DNA of 63,968 nucleotides, counting the filler, from Choristocarpus tenellus KU-1152 (lineage: Eukaryota; Protista; Phaeophyceae), in assembly GCA_964200185.2 (NCBI GenBank). It is 7 parts of 7 records of this genome, joined end to end, with 100 filler letters (N's around TTAATTAATTAA, not from the genome) between each part and the next. Parts side by side here need not be neighbours in the genome. Positions count along the whole stretch, not along the records: positions 1 to 9,050 come from CAXNAD020004045.1; positions 9,151 to 12,281 come from CAXNAD020022105.1; positions 12,382 to 34,366 come from CAXNAD020000312.1; 4 more parts are not named here. One strand, 5' to 3'. This document shows, one piece after another, positions 1-13,049 of the stretch; position 1 is the first letter of the stretch, and each line of letters opens with the position of its first letter. Made by a program: the position numbers and the translations under genes. The notes below the pieces were generated by a model. It searched no databases and had not been told where the DNA came from. It saw only the letters and a list, made by a program, of their open reading frames with translations.

Positions 1-139
1 GGTGTCCATTTGGACCAAAATCAGGAAAAGCGCATTTACAGTATCCATCCGACATATGCAACCAAATAACCCAATAATCGCGACATATAAAAATTGACCC
101 CAAATGGACAGCTGCCACCCCCTCCCAGATACTTGAGCC
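1..139. mobile_element. MITE family B, partial copy (left end outside window)
   Basis: Colinear with the full copy at 36229-36407; ends CCCCTCCCAGATACTTGAGCC. Confidence 0.8.
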
Positions 140-801
140 TATATGGGTTGCAAGGCTTGTTATGAAGACAACTGTGAGTGACAATAACTTCAGAGGGAAT
201 CATGGTAGAAATATTTCCCATGGTACCTTTGTCTTGTCTCTTGAGTTTGATTGGAAACGAAGAAGAATTATTGATATCCTGCAAGTTTTACAGGTGACAT
301 CTGCTCTGTAGTTTAGGCAACCTATGGATATTTCATCATAATGTTTTGAAAATAAAAAGAAATGTAAAACCCCACAAACCCTGTACTTTTTTCAGATGGT
401 GGTGTGTGTGTTACCTAAGCAAAAAGAATTAAGAGCTAACAAGTGTTCTATTACAAAAGAGAAAGAGATCAGGGTTAGGGGTAGAGATGACATTGTGTCC
501 CTCACCAACCAATTTCGTTTATGAATATTGTTAGAATAATACATACTGTTTAATTCCTACTTTAAGTAGTTAGTGCTTAATAGAACACTATGAAGTCAAA
601 TCAAGGTTATAGGGGATACGTTGCAGGAGATGGACATCATATTGACCAATTTAATCCGAGAAATATTATTCTGGATTCAATTAATATTAATATTTTTCTG
701 GATTGATGCGAATGTCATGTACCATAGATACATTTCCCCTTAGTATCTCCTCAGTCCTGCCATGAAACCTATGTGTGGGGCCAGGGCCTGAACATACTAA
801 C

Positions 802-3800
802 CTCCTCCGGTATGGCTCGACCCAGCAACATCCTTTGCAAAATGGACATGCACTGCATCTTGGTCTCAAAGGAACCCGTCTTTCCGAGTATAATGATGGG
901 CTGGACAGCACCTGCGAGGATCATTGCCTGGTATGAATGTGTGTAGGAAGTTTTGAAAAAAAAGAGACATTTGTGTCAGGTGGATGAGCACCTAGCCCAC
1001 TTTTTCTCGTGAGTTGAGCTGCGGAAATTTCTGGGAAGTGAGATAGTACAGGATGATTTCGAAATGCAACTTTAAAAAAAAATCATTAAAAAGAAAATTG
1101 GGAAAGAAACAGCAACTCATGAAAAGAAAAAGAGATTTTGAAACTGGGTACTGTAGCATATGATTTCGTCTTCCTCTGCTGACCTCGACCAAGGTTTTAG
1201 GACACCAGAGATCAAATCGCTCATCGTTTGAAAAGCTATCAATTATAAACCTTTTTTCCACATTCAAACCAGCCAGCCAATTGAAATTGTACTTTTAATT
1301 CTGACATTTAATATCTACTCCAGAGTACAAGAGTGAAAGTATCTTAGAGGGTACAAGTTTTGCCCTCTTTGTCCATTTGGAGCTTGGCTTTCAACGGTTT
1401 TCAATGATATTTTACTTACTCCAAAATGTTTTGGAGTAGGTAAAAAGGATCCAATATGAAAAGGTGTGTCCGGAACAAGTATACTGACACTTCCTAGTAA
1501 ACACGATAGCCAAAATTACATTAAAAAAATTGCAACATTGGATTTTGGCCCCCAAATGGACACGGCTCCACCCTCTAAGATACTTTGGCTCACAACCTTG
1601 AATTCTATGTAGGACAATATCATAGTTTCTCCAATGAGAAGAGCCAAACTTCTCTCCATACAAATTACACTAAAGAATCACACTAATTTATAAATAGAAT
1701 AAACAAACAGCTAAACCTCTCTCACTTTCACTGGAACAAAACCAAGAACACCATGGACGGTGTGACCCTCTATATATATTGATCATTTCTAAACCACTAG
1801 GCTTCTACTGCAGCAGAGTATAGGAAACATATTGTACATGAACATGGGGACATTAGCCTTTTACTCATGGTGTAGTTGGGATGCTAAGAGGAAATTCGTC
1901 AGTTTTCTCATTTCGATGTTGTTGTGGAGTGTCTTTTTGTGATTGGGTAGGGGAACATTTTGGTAGTGCAAGCTTCACGAAGGAGGACACATACACTGGT
2001 GTGCAATGATTCAGGACTTTGAATCATAGGAGTGAGTGATAGAAAAAAAAAACTCAATAAAAATAGATAGCGATACAAACAATATCAATGATTGCATCTA
2101 ATTGGCTACATTTTTTTTTTCAAGGCGTTTTTTTGCCACATCTCCTACTCCCTTGACCTTAATGTCACCGTAATATTTTGTTACCAGTAACACTGAGAAT
2201 ATACACAAATGACCTTGGCATGGATCACATACGACTTGCACCTTGTAGTTTCTTAGAACTTGCCACTAAAAACCTCACACAAGAGCAATAACCAACACAC
2301 CCTATACAGCTCCAACGAGCCAAGAAGGAGAAGCGCAACATCCCCGCCCTCTCCCTGCAAAATATGCTTAACGTCCATAGCCCACGAAATGCAGCGAGTG
2401 AGATGGATTTGCAAATTCGAAACATTTCTGTTTGAATTCTGACCCTGAAGAGTTACCTGGCAGTTTTCTGGACATTGTGCCAAGTTGTACAGCGCTGCTG
2501 CACAATCTGCCTTAAGATCGAGATCAGTCTCAGTTTGCAAGAGCTCCTGCAATGTTGTTTTGGAGGTGTGATAAGCAAGAGATGTTTTCTGTATCCCCCA
2601 AAGGCGTTGATTTTTTCTGTTCTCATATCAGCACCGTAATCAGCAGCAACAATTTTAATATGACTCGTTCAAGAATAGTCTGGTCCCTGCGTATATCTGT
2701 GCTTGTGTACTCCTGCAAAAAAAGAAAAGTTGGATATTGCAATAATATGCGACAATACTATGTTGCATTTGTCTTACATGTAACTCAGATAGTGATGATC
2801 AGTCACCCATTTCAACCAGTGCATATCTATATATGTATGAGGGGGTCTTCCCTGCTGGAAGCAACTACTTTCCCACCATTTCAGTAAAAAATTATATTGC
2901 TCTCTGTGTTAGACACTGCATGACTGATTACCATTTCATACAACTTGTCTGCCGGAGCTGGAATGAGTGGATTGATCCCTGGCAAGCATCAACTGGGAAT
3001 TAGTACCATGGACTGATTGACAGGGTTCAAACTGCCACTAGCCACGATTAAGAGTGCATTCTGGCCACAATTGCACTGCCCAGTACCCATGTACCTCCTA
3101 GCTCTGGGTAGGAGGTAGGAAAATATGAGAGAAAATAGAGAGTACTAGGTTCCTACCAACGACATTCTGTTCGGGAACTACTGGAAGCCTGTGCAGGATG
3201 AACTCACCAACAGTACTGGGATGCTCTCAGATGCACTCTTTGCCCCCTTTGCACTCTGCAGCTCGAGGTTGGTGAGATTCCAAAAGGCAGCAACACACCT
3301 CTTGCGTGTGCTAGTATTGCTTACTCGACATAGATTTAGGAGAGCTCGAGTTACCTGTCCAAGGAACAGTGTATGTTTGTGTGTCCGAGTGTGTTTGTGT
3401 GCCTGAGCCTATGTCTGAGTGCCTCTTTCTGGGTGTATGGGTGTCGTCTATTTGTCTGTCTGACTCTCTCCCTCTCTCTCTCTGTATGAAGACAGAGAGG
3501 CAGTAGAATGTTATATACAGCTTCCCTGTCCATTGTTTGGCCACCATGAAGAGGGATGTTTAGGTGCAAACATGATTATTGGACTATATGGAAGAAGAAG
3601 GGGGGTATATGGTGTGACCAACGGTGTATAGGAGAGAGCAGAGAGGCGGAGAGGTGGGAAGATAGGTTGGGCTATGGCCAGTACTACTCTCACACCCCTT
3701 TGTTCTCCCTCTGCTCCATTCTCCTAAGGAGACCCAATATAGCAAGTGTGTTGTGTGAAGCTTTACAAACTGCAAGTGAGTTATTGGAATGATAAACGTT

Positions 3801-5426
3801 GAAAACATTATGAGGTACAGGATTTTTTGGTGACTTTGTCCTTTAGGCTTAATGCGGCGTTCAGACCACCTCATTCTAGTAAATACAGTTATTCATATCA
3901 TTGTCCCCTACCCCTTCAATCCTACTATAATTGTCATCACCATTGTCATCATTAAAATTATATCCAAGTACTAGTACCACCATAGAGTTGTTTTCATTTA
4001 AATTGACACTCATGGATGTTAATTGTTATCCACAGTATTACTCTACATGTTGTTACCATTCACGATAATTAAATAGTGAAAGGGGCATGAAAATGAAGCT
4101 TGAATCTTCCGTATTCACTGAGCAACCAGTCATGGGTTAACCTCTATTCAAGCACCAACCCTACTTGTCACTGCCTTGGTCATGCGTAACCCAACACACC
4201 AGTCACGTACTCTCCTGTGTTCGAGCCTCTCCCTTAGTTTTCTTTTTTGCCCACCTCGCGTGTGTCAATTTTCTTGGTGACCAGCGGCCGACAGAATAGA
4301 AGATAAAGGGCAGCAGCACAGCACTCCGCAGTCTTACTGTCTCCTGTTTCAGCGAGTTTCACTAATGGACCTACCACCCCTCTCTCGATAAGTTCATCCA
4401 GCTGGACAGCAAAGTGGATGAGGTGACACAGGCAGATGGCACAGCTGTCATCACCAGGATGTTTTGGACAAGGGTGTAGGAGGTAGAGTTTGGTTTGGCT
4501 TGGGCTTGAATAAAATAGGGATTAGTTCAATTGGACTGTCTTGGGAACGACTGAGAATGGGTGGGGTAGAGTTTGCTTGCTTTCCTGTATAAACTGTAGT
4601 GGTACAGAGGGTGGGGTACTGCTGAGGGGTAATTGAAGGACTGGGATTTGTGGATTGAGCCCATTGGGAACAAAAAAAAGATAGCAATCGTGTAATGTCT
4701 GAATCAACCTATACATGAATGAGGATATGAAAGAGAATATTTTTTAACGGTGGCAAGCGAAGATTTCTGCACTGTTGTAATCACCAAAGACAGCTCCTTT
4801 CCTATGTTTCTGCACACAGAGATAGGCAGCAAACAAACGGAACGAGTCAAAGGACGCCAGACATCTTCTTGGAGTATTTTTTAATGTGAAGCACCATCTG
4901 ACCACTGATATAATCATTGCGATCCCTTCAATCTTACTAGGAGCACTTTGTTGAGGAGTCTATTGCAGATACCTTCAAGTCAAAGGAGGAACAAGGGCTG
5001 TATGGTAACTCAGTCGGTATATCAACACCCATAATCGCTTCTCTGCCATTACCTATCTCAATAAACCTTACAGGAGCACTCTTAGGTAGTGAAAACATAG
5101 GTCAAAGTTTTTTTTGAAAATACAAATACCAAGCAACAACATCAAAGAAGGACAATTCCTATTGTCCACTTTGAATGTGTGTTTACAGATATGCACTAAA
5201 ATAGTCACTCTCCAGTGCTCAAATGGTCAGGTCTCTGAGCAAGACGTGCAGCATTGTTTAGAGGCTGTAAAGATTGCAAATGCAAGATTTGCATGCCCAC
5301 CTCAGACGAGTGGCATTATCCGTCACTTGAGAGAGCTTTATCACCCCCTCTACCGCTCCGCCCTCAACAATAATCTCTGCAAATTTTGGGTCAGCTGCAA
5401 GATTCCGAAATGCCAATGCAAGGTGC
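802..5426 (-). CDS. Armadillo-repeat protein, partial; exons 5426-5301, 4401-4255, 3354-3208, 2546-2457, 927-802
   Basis: GT-AG exons; the last four join in phase 0: LDELIERGVVGPLVKLAETGDSKTAECCAAALYLL..|VTRALLNLCRVSNTSTRKRCVAAFWNLT..SIPVLL|ELLQTETDLDLKADCAAALYNLAQCPENCQ|AMILAGAVQPIIILGK... Recurrent GxVxPLxxL and AxALxNL ARM motifs. One exon between the first two, and both gene ends, were not resolved. Confidence 0.8.
1331..1591. mobile_element. MITE family A copy 1 (261 bp), in ARM gene intron
   Basis: TIRs GAGTGAAAGTATCTTAGAGGGT / ACCCTCTAAGATACTTTGGCTC; flanks ACAA/ACAA. Confidence 0.9.
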
Positions 5427-5820
5427 CTGTATCACATGCACAGAACAATACCAGATGAGCACAGGGGATTAGGAGCACATCGAGTTGTGGAGGATGCAGA
5501 AAGACTAAGCTTACATTGCAGAGGACGTAGAGGTTGGTACCATTGTTATTAACTTAAGTGTCCCAGTCACTGTTTTTTGCTCATAGATTTACATCATTAC
5601 ACGCTAAAATCCAATGGCAAAACATTTATCCATAGTGACTATACTTCTACACCCACAGATTCCCAATGGAGGCTACCTGATTTCAGCTACGAAAATGGGG
5701 TGTCAGGCATCACACACTGTGTACATATAAGTCCCTTCACAACAAAATGGAGAATCTTCCCCTATCTCGCATACTTTTTCTCCGATCTTCAACTCAATGT
5801 GTATCCATCCCAGTGGATCC

Positions 5821-6081
5821 GAGCCAAAGTATCTTAGAGGGTAGAGTCGTGTCCATTTGAGGGTCAAATTCGAATGTTGCGATCTTGATGTAATTTTGGC
5901 TACTGCGTTTGTTAGGAAGTGTCAATATATCTATGTTTCAGACAAACCTTTTCATAACGTACACATTTTACCTACTCCTAAACATTTTGGAGTAGGAAAA
6001 TGTCATAAAAAAACCCACAGGAAGCCAAGCCCCAAATGGACAAACAGGGAAAAACTCGTACCCTCTAAGATACTTTCACTC
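5821..6081. mobile_element. MITE family A copy 2
   Basis: GAGCCAAAGTATCTTAGAGGGTA...TACCCTCTAAGATACTTTCACTC; opposite orientation to copy 1; no clear TSD. Confidence 0.9.
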
Positions 6082-6237
6082 TTTCATATCCCTAACCTCA
6101 TGCGCCTTGACCGATGGAGGTTTAAGTTTGCCCCACCCAAACCAAGACCTTGGAGGAAGATATTTCCTAGGCATCCTGGTGCACCTCAAGGTTGAAGTCT
6201 CAACCCACTCGTTCCTTGTCACATCAACCGAAGAGAT

Positions 6238-7488
6238 TCAGAAGGAATAATCAACGGCCGATAGGGTGCCCTTGCAATTCTCTTCCTCGTTGACTAGGTA
6301 GTAGAAGTCTGGTGTTGTTTGCAGGTAGTCCCCCACAGACAGGTAGGCACACCTACCTTTCACCAAATCACCCTGTAGATGGTCATCATAAGGCAGGGGA
6401 GGGGGGTACGATGAGGAACAGAAGATTGAGCTACAACATATAAGTGGAGTGCATGCACTCACCAGAAAGGATCCCCTCACTCCCCTCACACAACCACAAA
6501 ACCTCAGCAAAGCCAGCAAAGGACTACGAAAGAACAGAAAAGTCTTCTCCTTGCTCAGGCAGGGTCAGGCAGGGCGTAGCACGGGCTAACACCATGTGCT
6601 GTCTCACGATGTATTCCAGCATCTCGGTGAGCTTCTTCCTCCTGTCCATCTTCTCTTGCTCCTCGTCGATTATTGTTGTGCCCTGAATGAGGATACACAC
6701 CGTGCCACGCGATGCAAATAATTCAACAATAAAAAAAGTGATGAAGAGTTTTGTGTGATAAGAGGAAAGGATTTATTTATTCACCGAGAAATCAGGGGAA
6801 TACCAGGCAAGACATCATCATTTCAATACTGCCTAAACACAGTTAACAAACGAATTACACAATCCTATGCTCAACAAAAATGTCACCATTAAAAAGCTCA
6901 CCACATGTACCCAGTTCTCAAAAGTAATACCCTACACGAAGAAATGTGCCATTACCTCTAGTCCAACCACTCTTAGCCTACATGGGTCAATAAGGGAGAG
7001 GATTGGATGATGGGCTTAGTCCAATGCAACTCACCACATTTAGGTAGGGCCTCAGTCATTGCTGGTGGGATGAGCACAAAATACGGACCTTTGTCGGGCT
7101 GGAGAACCTAGGGAGTGGAACGGTTCAGATATGAACAGGGGAAGGAGGAAAATGTGGGGGAGGGAAGGGGGCATCATATTACACTGTACCCAAGTTTCAT
7201 AGAGTATAATGTCATGCTAACCCCCTAATTGAGCTAGAATTGATTATCGCAAAAAATATATCAACTTCGAATTTGAAGCACCTAGGAAGAGAGCTTTATT
7301 AGTGGGTGCAATACACCATACATGATATAAGAACATTATTAATTGAAGTACACGATGAAGATGTATCCCAGAAAGATCAGTCTCTTCTACGAGAAGAAGT
7401 TCGAGCTGCAAAATTGAAGTCGTACCTGAGAGATGGGAACATCTTCACCAGTAACCCACGATCGTCTCTTGGCATCACCTACATCCAT
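6238..7488 (-). CDS. Putative exons of an unidentified gene
   Basis: AG/GT-bounded open segments: MDVGDAKRRSWVTGEDVPISQ, VLQPDKGPYFVLIPPAMTEALPKC, GTTIIDEEQEKMDRRKKLTEMLEYIVRQHM, GDLVKG..VDYSF*. Phases not fully reconciled; no homology recognised. Confidence 0.35.
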
Positions 7489-7654
7489 CTGCACAGGTAG
7501 GGAAGCCAAGCATATTCCAAGAGGTGCAAGGAGGTCAGTGACAGTAGGATACAACACGCACACAGTGTATCATAGTACACACTGTGTTGTGCGAGTGGTC
7601 ATCCCAGCTTCATCAGAATCGTGTAACAAAAAAATAACTACATTGCGCAGCAAT

Positions 7655-7913
7655 GAGCCAAAGTATATTAGAGGGTAGATCCGCGTCCATTTGGGGGCCA
7701 CAATCCAATGTTGCGATTTTGTAGTTTTGGCTATCGTGTTGGTTAGGAAGTCTCTATATCCTTCTTCCGGAAACATCTTCTCATAACGTATACATTTCAC
7801 CTACTCGAAACGTCTTGGAGTAGGTGAAATGTAGTAAAAAAATATATGGGAAGCCAAGCCCCAAATGGACAACAAACAGGGCAAAACTAGTACCCTCTAA
7901 AATACTTTCACTC
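7655..7913. mobile_element. MITE family A copy 3
   Basis: Same TIRs; TSD AAT/AAT. Confidence 0.9.
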
Positions 7914-8635
7914 AATGTCAACCCCCCCCCCATAACTACTGGCGAAAAGAGAAAATTGTAAGGTTATCTTCAAGGGCCTACTGCGATTGAAGACCGAATG
8001 AACCTTTGTGTATACCATGTCATAGCCCATGCGCTAGAGACCATAGCAGCAGCCTCAAACGCTTCCCCGCATACCACTTGCTGTGTCCTGGACAAGATGA
8101 AAGGAGAGATATGAGGAAAGACAGGGGTAGGCGTAACTCGGGTTACCTGTACAGAGCATTTGACACTACACTAAAAAAAGAGCACGTGTAACAATCAGGT
8201 CTATTCAATAGAGGAGGCAGGGAAAAACCCCCAACACACCCCTTGCAGTATCTGCTTCCTAATTCCCTCAAAAATAGCAATCACAATTTTGGACAATGAC
8301 CCTATAGTGACGCTTGGAATAGTATCTGTTGGTGTGCACATTGGTTACCTTGCTGAGTTCGCATCACCACTGCTCGCTTTATGACCAAAACGGAGTCACA
8401 TAAACTCCTTCATGCTGATACCATTCACAGCTGTCCCATGGGACAGGGAGTTGTCGATGGAGGGGGTGGGTTTCACCACCTCATCTGATCGGGTGTCCTT
8501 TTATGGAAGGAATGGAAGGTGTCATTCTCACAGTAGAGTTATCCGTGAAAGAAGCTCACAGCAGCAGCACCCCACACAATACGTTGCACAAGGAAAACAC
8601 CCTTCCTTTGTTTGATGAAAGCAGTGGGTAAGGTA

Positions 8636-8894
8636 GAGTGAGAGTATCTTAGAGGGTACGAGTTTTGTCCTGTTTGTCCATTGAGGCTTGGGTTCCCTCG
8701 GGTTTTTTTAATGTCATTTTCCTATTTCATACTATTTCGAAGTAGGTAAAATGTGTACGTTACGAAAATGTGTGTCCGCAACAAGGATATTGACATTTCC
8801 TAACAAACACGATAGCAAAAATTACATCAAAATTGCAACATTGGATTTTGGCCCTTAAATGGACGCGGCTCTACCTTCTAAGATACTTTGGCTC
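8636..8894. mobile_element. MITE family A copy 4
   Basis: Same TIRs; TSD GTA/GTA. Confidence 0.9.
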
Positions 8895-9007
8895 GTATGC
8901 TTTCCAAGATGGAGTATGTTAAAGCATAAGAAGTGGAGTTAAAAGTTCACGTGTCCCACCTTTGCTGTACACCAAGCACGCCATTCACAAATAAACACAA
9001 CGGGGTC

Positions 9008-9189
9008 CCCCCAAAGTATCTGGGAGGGGGGGGGGGTCTACACCAGGGTGNNNNNNNNNNNNNNNNNNNNNNNNNNNNNNNNNNNNNNNNNNNNTTAATT
9101 AATTAANNNNNNNNNNNNNNNNNNNNNNNNNNNNNNNNNNNNNNNNNNNNCCAAATGGACAGCCGCCACCCCCCCCAGATACGTTGACC
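9008..9189. mobile_element. MITE family B termini on both sides of a contig spacer
   Basis: CCAAAGTATCTGGGAGGGG before the gap and CCAAATGGACAGCCGCCACCCCCCCAGATAC after it. Similar ends at about 12209, 12470, 42450, 59281 and 63893. Confidence 0.7.
9051..9150. other. Artificial contig spacer
   Basis: 44 N + TTAATTAATTAA (stops in six frames) + 44 N. Confidence 0.97.
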
Positions 9190-9547
9190 CGCAACCAACT
9201 GCTTGTCCCCAAGCGTGGATGATAGCCACACTCCAACCCTGCTCGTGTAGCACAGGTCAAAAGGAGCTTGAACCTCTTTCACCTGATCCTCAAGCTTGCT
9301 GAAGGTTGGGATGGATATAATACGATGCTGGCAACCCATCGTCTGATCCAGAGGTTAATTTGACCAGCCGTTCTCAACAGCTGTCTCAGACAGACTTGCT
9401 TAAGGCAGGGATGGTTGTTTGAATATAATCAATTGCAGACAAGGTTCAGAATAGTGGCAAAACATTACTTTTTATTTTTTATTTTTTTCCCACTCTATCG
9501 AAAGAGCATCTTCTTTCGTGAGGATAATTGTGTCATTATAATAGTAT

Positions 9548-9806
9548 GAGTGAAAGTATCTTAGAGGGTACGAGTTTTGCCCTGTTTGTCCATTTGGGAC
9601 TTGGCTTCCAGTGGGTTTTTTAATGACATTTTCCTACCCCAAAATGTCTAGGAGTAGGTAAAATGTGTACATTATGAAAAGGTGGGTCCGAAACATAGAT
9701 ATTGACACTTCCTAACAAACACATTAGCCAATATTACATCAAAATCGCAACATTGGATTTTGACCCCCAAATGGACGCGGCTCTACCCTCTAAGATACTT
9801 TGGCTC
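9548..9806. mobile_element. MITE family A copy 5
   Basis: Same TIRs; TSD TAT/TAT. Confidence 0.92.
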
Positions 9807-11709
9807 TATTTGCCTAAATTCATATTATTGTCATGGGAGAGGAAAAAGGAAAATACAATGATCAGCATCTGGAGATACAGAGTGTAGCCAAATTTTTGTG
9901 AGATGCCAATTTCAAAAAGAAATCGGAGACTTAAGTCGATTAAACATTGCAAAGCGGGTCAGTTAGTATAGATACACTGCCGCAACTGTAAGCCATTACC
10001 AACATGCTGAATAAAACTGTACATATATCGATTTCATTTACACTCATATCACACTGTCAACAAAACAGAAAACATAACAGCCCTAATCCATAGAGCACGC
10101 GACAAAATCAACGGCTCTATGAGTGTGCCAAAGAGTCACCGTCTAAGAAGCTCTAACTTACACGATGCAGGAGGTATTAATGCAAGGGTGGTAGAGCAGC
10201 ATAAATAAACACTTGCGCAAGAAGTCAATTGTTTTCGAGAACAGCTACTACTACATGATTCTACTCGATTTGTACCAGAGAGAAACAATATATGCTCAAG
10301 GGCAGGCAGATGCAAATAGTATAGAACATATGTGAGAACTATTCAGAACTCCAGGACTCTGAAGTATTCCACTATAGGGGGTCATATGGGCCCCAGCCAG
10401 GTGGCACAGGGGTAACTACAATGGAGATGGCACATCAAGCGTCTCCGCTGTCCTGCTGCTTGTGTGCCATGCTCATCTATACAAGCTGCTTCCCTTCTCA
10501 TATCTTCCTTTGGCAGTTGTATCTGTTATTCTTCTGTGCCTGGTCCATTGGACGCAATGACACACACTACACAGTAGTATACAATCTACAATCTCCACAG
10601 GACCCAGTTTTGTATTTGTATGACGGTATTATTATGCTTCAACAACCACATACACATGCCACTCCTATCACCATCCACATACATGAAGTTCGGATAACAA
10701 TCAGAAAGAAATACTACGCAGAATTGTACAACTTGGGGTAGTCTTTTTCACTGATCTTCCTAGTTGCTTTCCTCAACAGTTACATCCACATGTAGCTTGA
10801 GCTTCAACCACTCAAACCATTCAGGTATGTCAAATCATAGCACTCTTGACAGAGGTATGCATCTCAGAGGCCTGGAGCGCCCTAGAAGAACCCCTTAAAC
10901 GGAGTACAAGAGGTAAGGTGAAACGTAATAACCTTGAATTGGTCACTGTTACCGGCGACATCCTTGGTCTTCGCTGTTCCTCATCCTGGAATATTGGGCA
11001 GAATCAATCCAGAAGGGAGGACCATGTTCTTTTTTTGTTGCGTGCCGTCAGTCAAGGGTATCAGTCGCAAAAATGTAGAGTGTAGGCTTTGTTGTCGTTT
11101 TCAATTTTGCAGGGTAGCTGTGTATTCAATTGTTGTCAGCCTTACGCCAATTTGCACAGAAGTGGGAGTATGCCAAATATATTTAGGAATATTTGAACAT
11201 TTCTTCATCACTTTTTTTATTTTGGCTGTACCATCATTTATGGTACAAGTAAGGTAATGTCAGGTGGGAAAGAGCTATTTTGTACAAGAGGAGGAAGCAT
11301 CAGAGGTATGTGCCTTTAGTATATACTCGAGTGCTATTTCTAAACAACACTTTTCAACGAATCAGATTACAATAAACGTCAGTCTTCTTTGTCATGAACT
11401 GATGAACTGTCAAGGTTTTATTTCTTTACTCCATCCGAACAAGAGTCCCATGTTGAGCATTTGTTGCTCGATACCTAAGTGCCTGAGGACTCCAAACAAG
11501 TCACCACCTATTCGGCAAATGTTCAAGTCTTGTTTTGTTCAGAAACAGATCTAGAGTATTCTAGAGCAGATAGAGTATCCTCACGATGGCACATTGTTCA
11601 GAGAGCAGGACAAATTGTGGCCACATGCTTGTTGCACTGAATTAATTTTGGTGGTCGATTTAGGAGGAAAAAACGTGAGGGTGAAGCGGAGTTGGAGATA
11701 TTTATTTCT

Positions 11710-11982
11710 GAGTCAAAGTATCTTAGAGGATAGAGCTGTGTCCATTTGGGGGACAACATCCAATGTTGCGATTTTGATGTAATTTTGACTATCATGTTTG
11801 TTAGGAAGTGTCAATATCCTTGTTCCAGACACACCTTCACATACCATATATATATCTATTTATTTTTTCCTACTCCAAAACACATCGGAGTGGGAAAATG
11901 CAATAAAAAACCCGTGGGGAGCCAAGCCCCAAACGGACAAACAGGGCAAAACTCGTACCCTAACCCTAAGATACTTTCACTT
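11710..11982. mobile_element. MITE family A copy 6
   Basis: GAGTCAAAGTATCTTAGAGG at the left end; right TIR reads CCCTAACCCTAAGATACTTTCAC (4-nt insertion relative to other copies). Confidence 0.88.
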
Positions 11983-12281
11983 CAAGTCTGGGCAGTTCAC
12001 CTCCTTGATTTGGTACCAACATGGTCACAGGAGGCCTGCTCTGTTTGGTACACTCACAAACCTGTGTTTGATTAATCACGGCTGTTTAAAGACGAAGCAG
12101 AGACCCTACTGTTCATGAGGACTTTTTATTACTTCCACAACGCATTCTGATATGTCTCATGGAAGAGTATCCTCAAGTGAGTCGTGCATACATGACTTAT
12201 TCATCAAAGACCCAAAATATCTGGGGGGGGAGGGGGACTGACAAGATTACCTGTCTATGAATCATACACTGTATAAACTGC

Positions 12282-12381
12282 NNNNNNNNNNNNNNNNNNN
12301 NNNNNNNNNNNNNNNNNNNNNNNNNTTAATTAATTAANNNNNNNNNNNNNNNNNNNNNNNNNNNNNNNNNNNNNNNNNNNN
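12282..12381. other. Artificial contig spacer
   Basis: Same 100-nt N/TTAATTAATTAA/N linker. Confidence 0.97.
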
Positions 12382-13049
12382 CCGTTTGTGTCGGGGGGAT
12401 AAAATAAAGGCCCCCCCCCCGGTCCGGGCCCCAATGGGCCCCCCGATGTAGGCCCCCCCCCCCCCCCCCCAGATACTTCGAGTCTTGAAGTTGCAAAGTG
12501 TTTGCTCCTCGTACCCTCATTCTTTAGCATCCTCTGTTTCTACAAGACACAAGAAACCTATATACTGGCTCCATATACCTGTCGACTCGTATTCAGACTG
12601 ACCACATTGCTGCCCCCATACCCTCAGACACTGACCATGAGCTTGATGCAATGCTGACCACATTACGTCAGCCTCACGTGCATTTAGGCTTACTCACATG
12701 CTGATGCCCTACACTCGGACCTCGCAAAGCTTGATTGGTATGCTGACCACATACTGTCGACCTTTCGCTAATGGTATCCTGATGGGATATTCATTAGTGC
12801 TACGTGCATATATTGTACTTTATTTTTGTGATGAAGTTGTGTAATAGAATGATGCAATAGTACACTAACTGTCACACCTATTTCCTATCTTACTCCGAGA
12901 GCTCGCTTTTTGGTTGAGCCTAAATCATGTTACATGGTTTGAGGTCTATCTGAAGGGGGAGTGATGTAGAAAGCAAGGCTGCCTGTTATCGTACCGTTAT
13001 TGGCGTAGGACCTAAACCGTTATACTCTTTGAGGTTCCTTGTTAGGGAG

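Noticed and set aside
5857-6195. Recurring similar short ORFs (e.g. 1412-1663, 5857-6195, 11746-12075, 17872-18081) as a gene family
   Set aside because: All are translations of non-coding MITE family A copies.
9051-9150. Palindromic TTAATTAATTAA recurring six times
   Set aside because: Always centred in 88 Ns; an assembly linker with six-frame stops, not biology.
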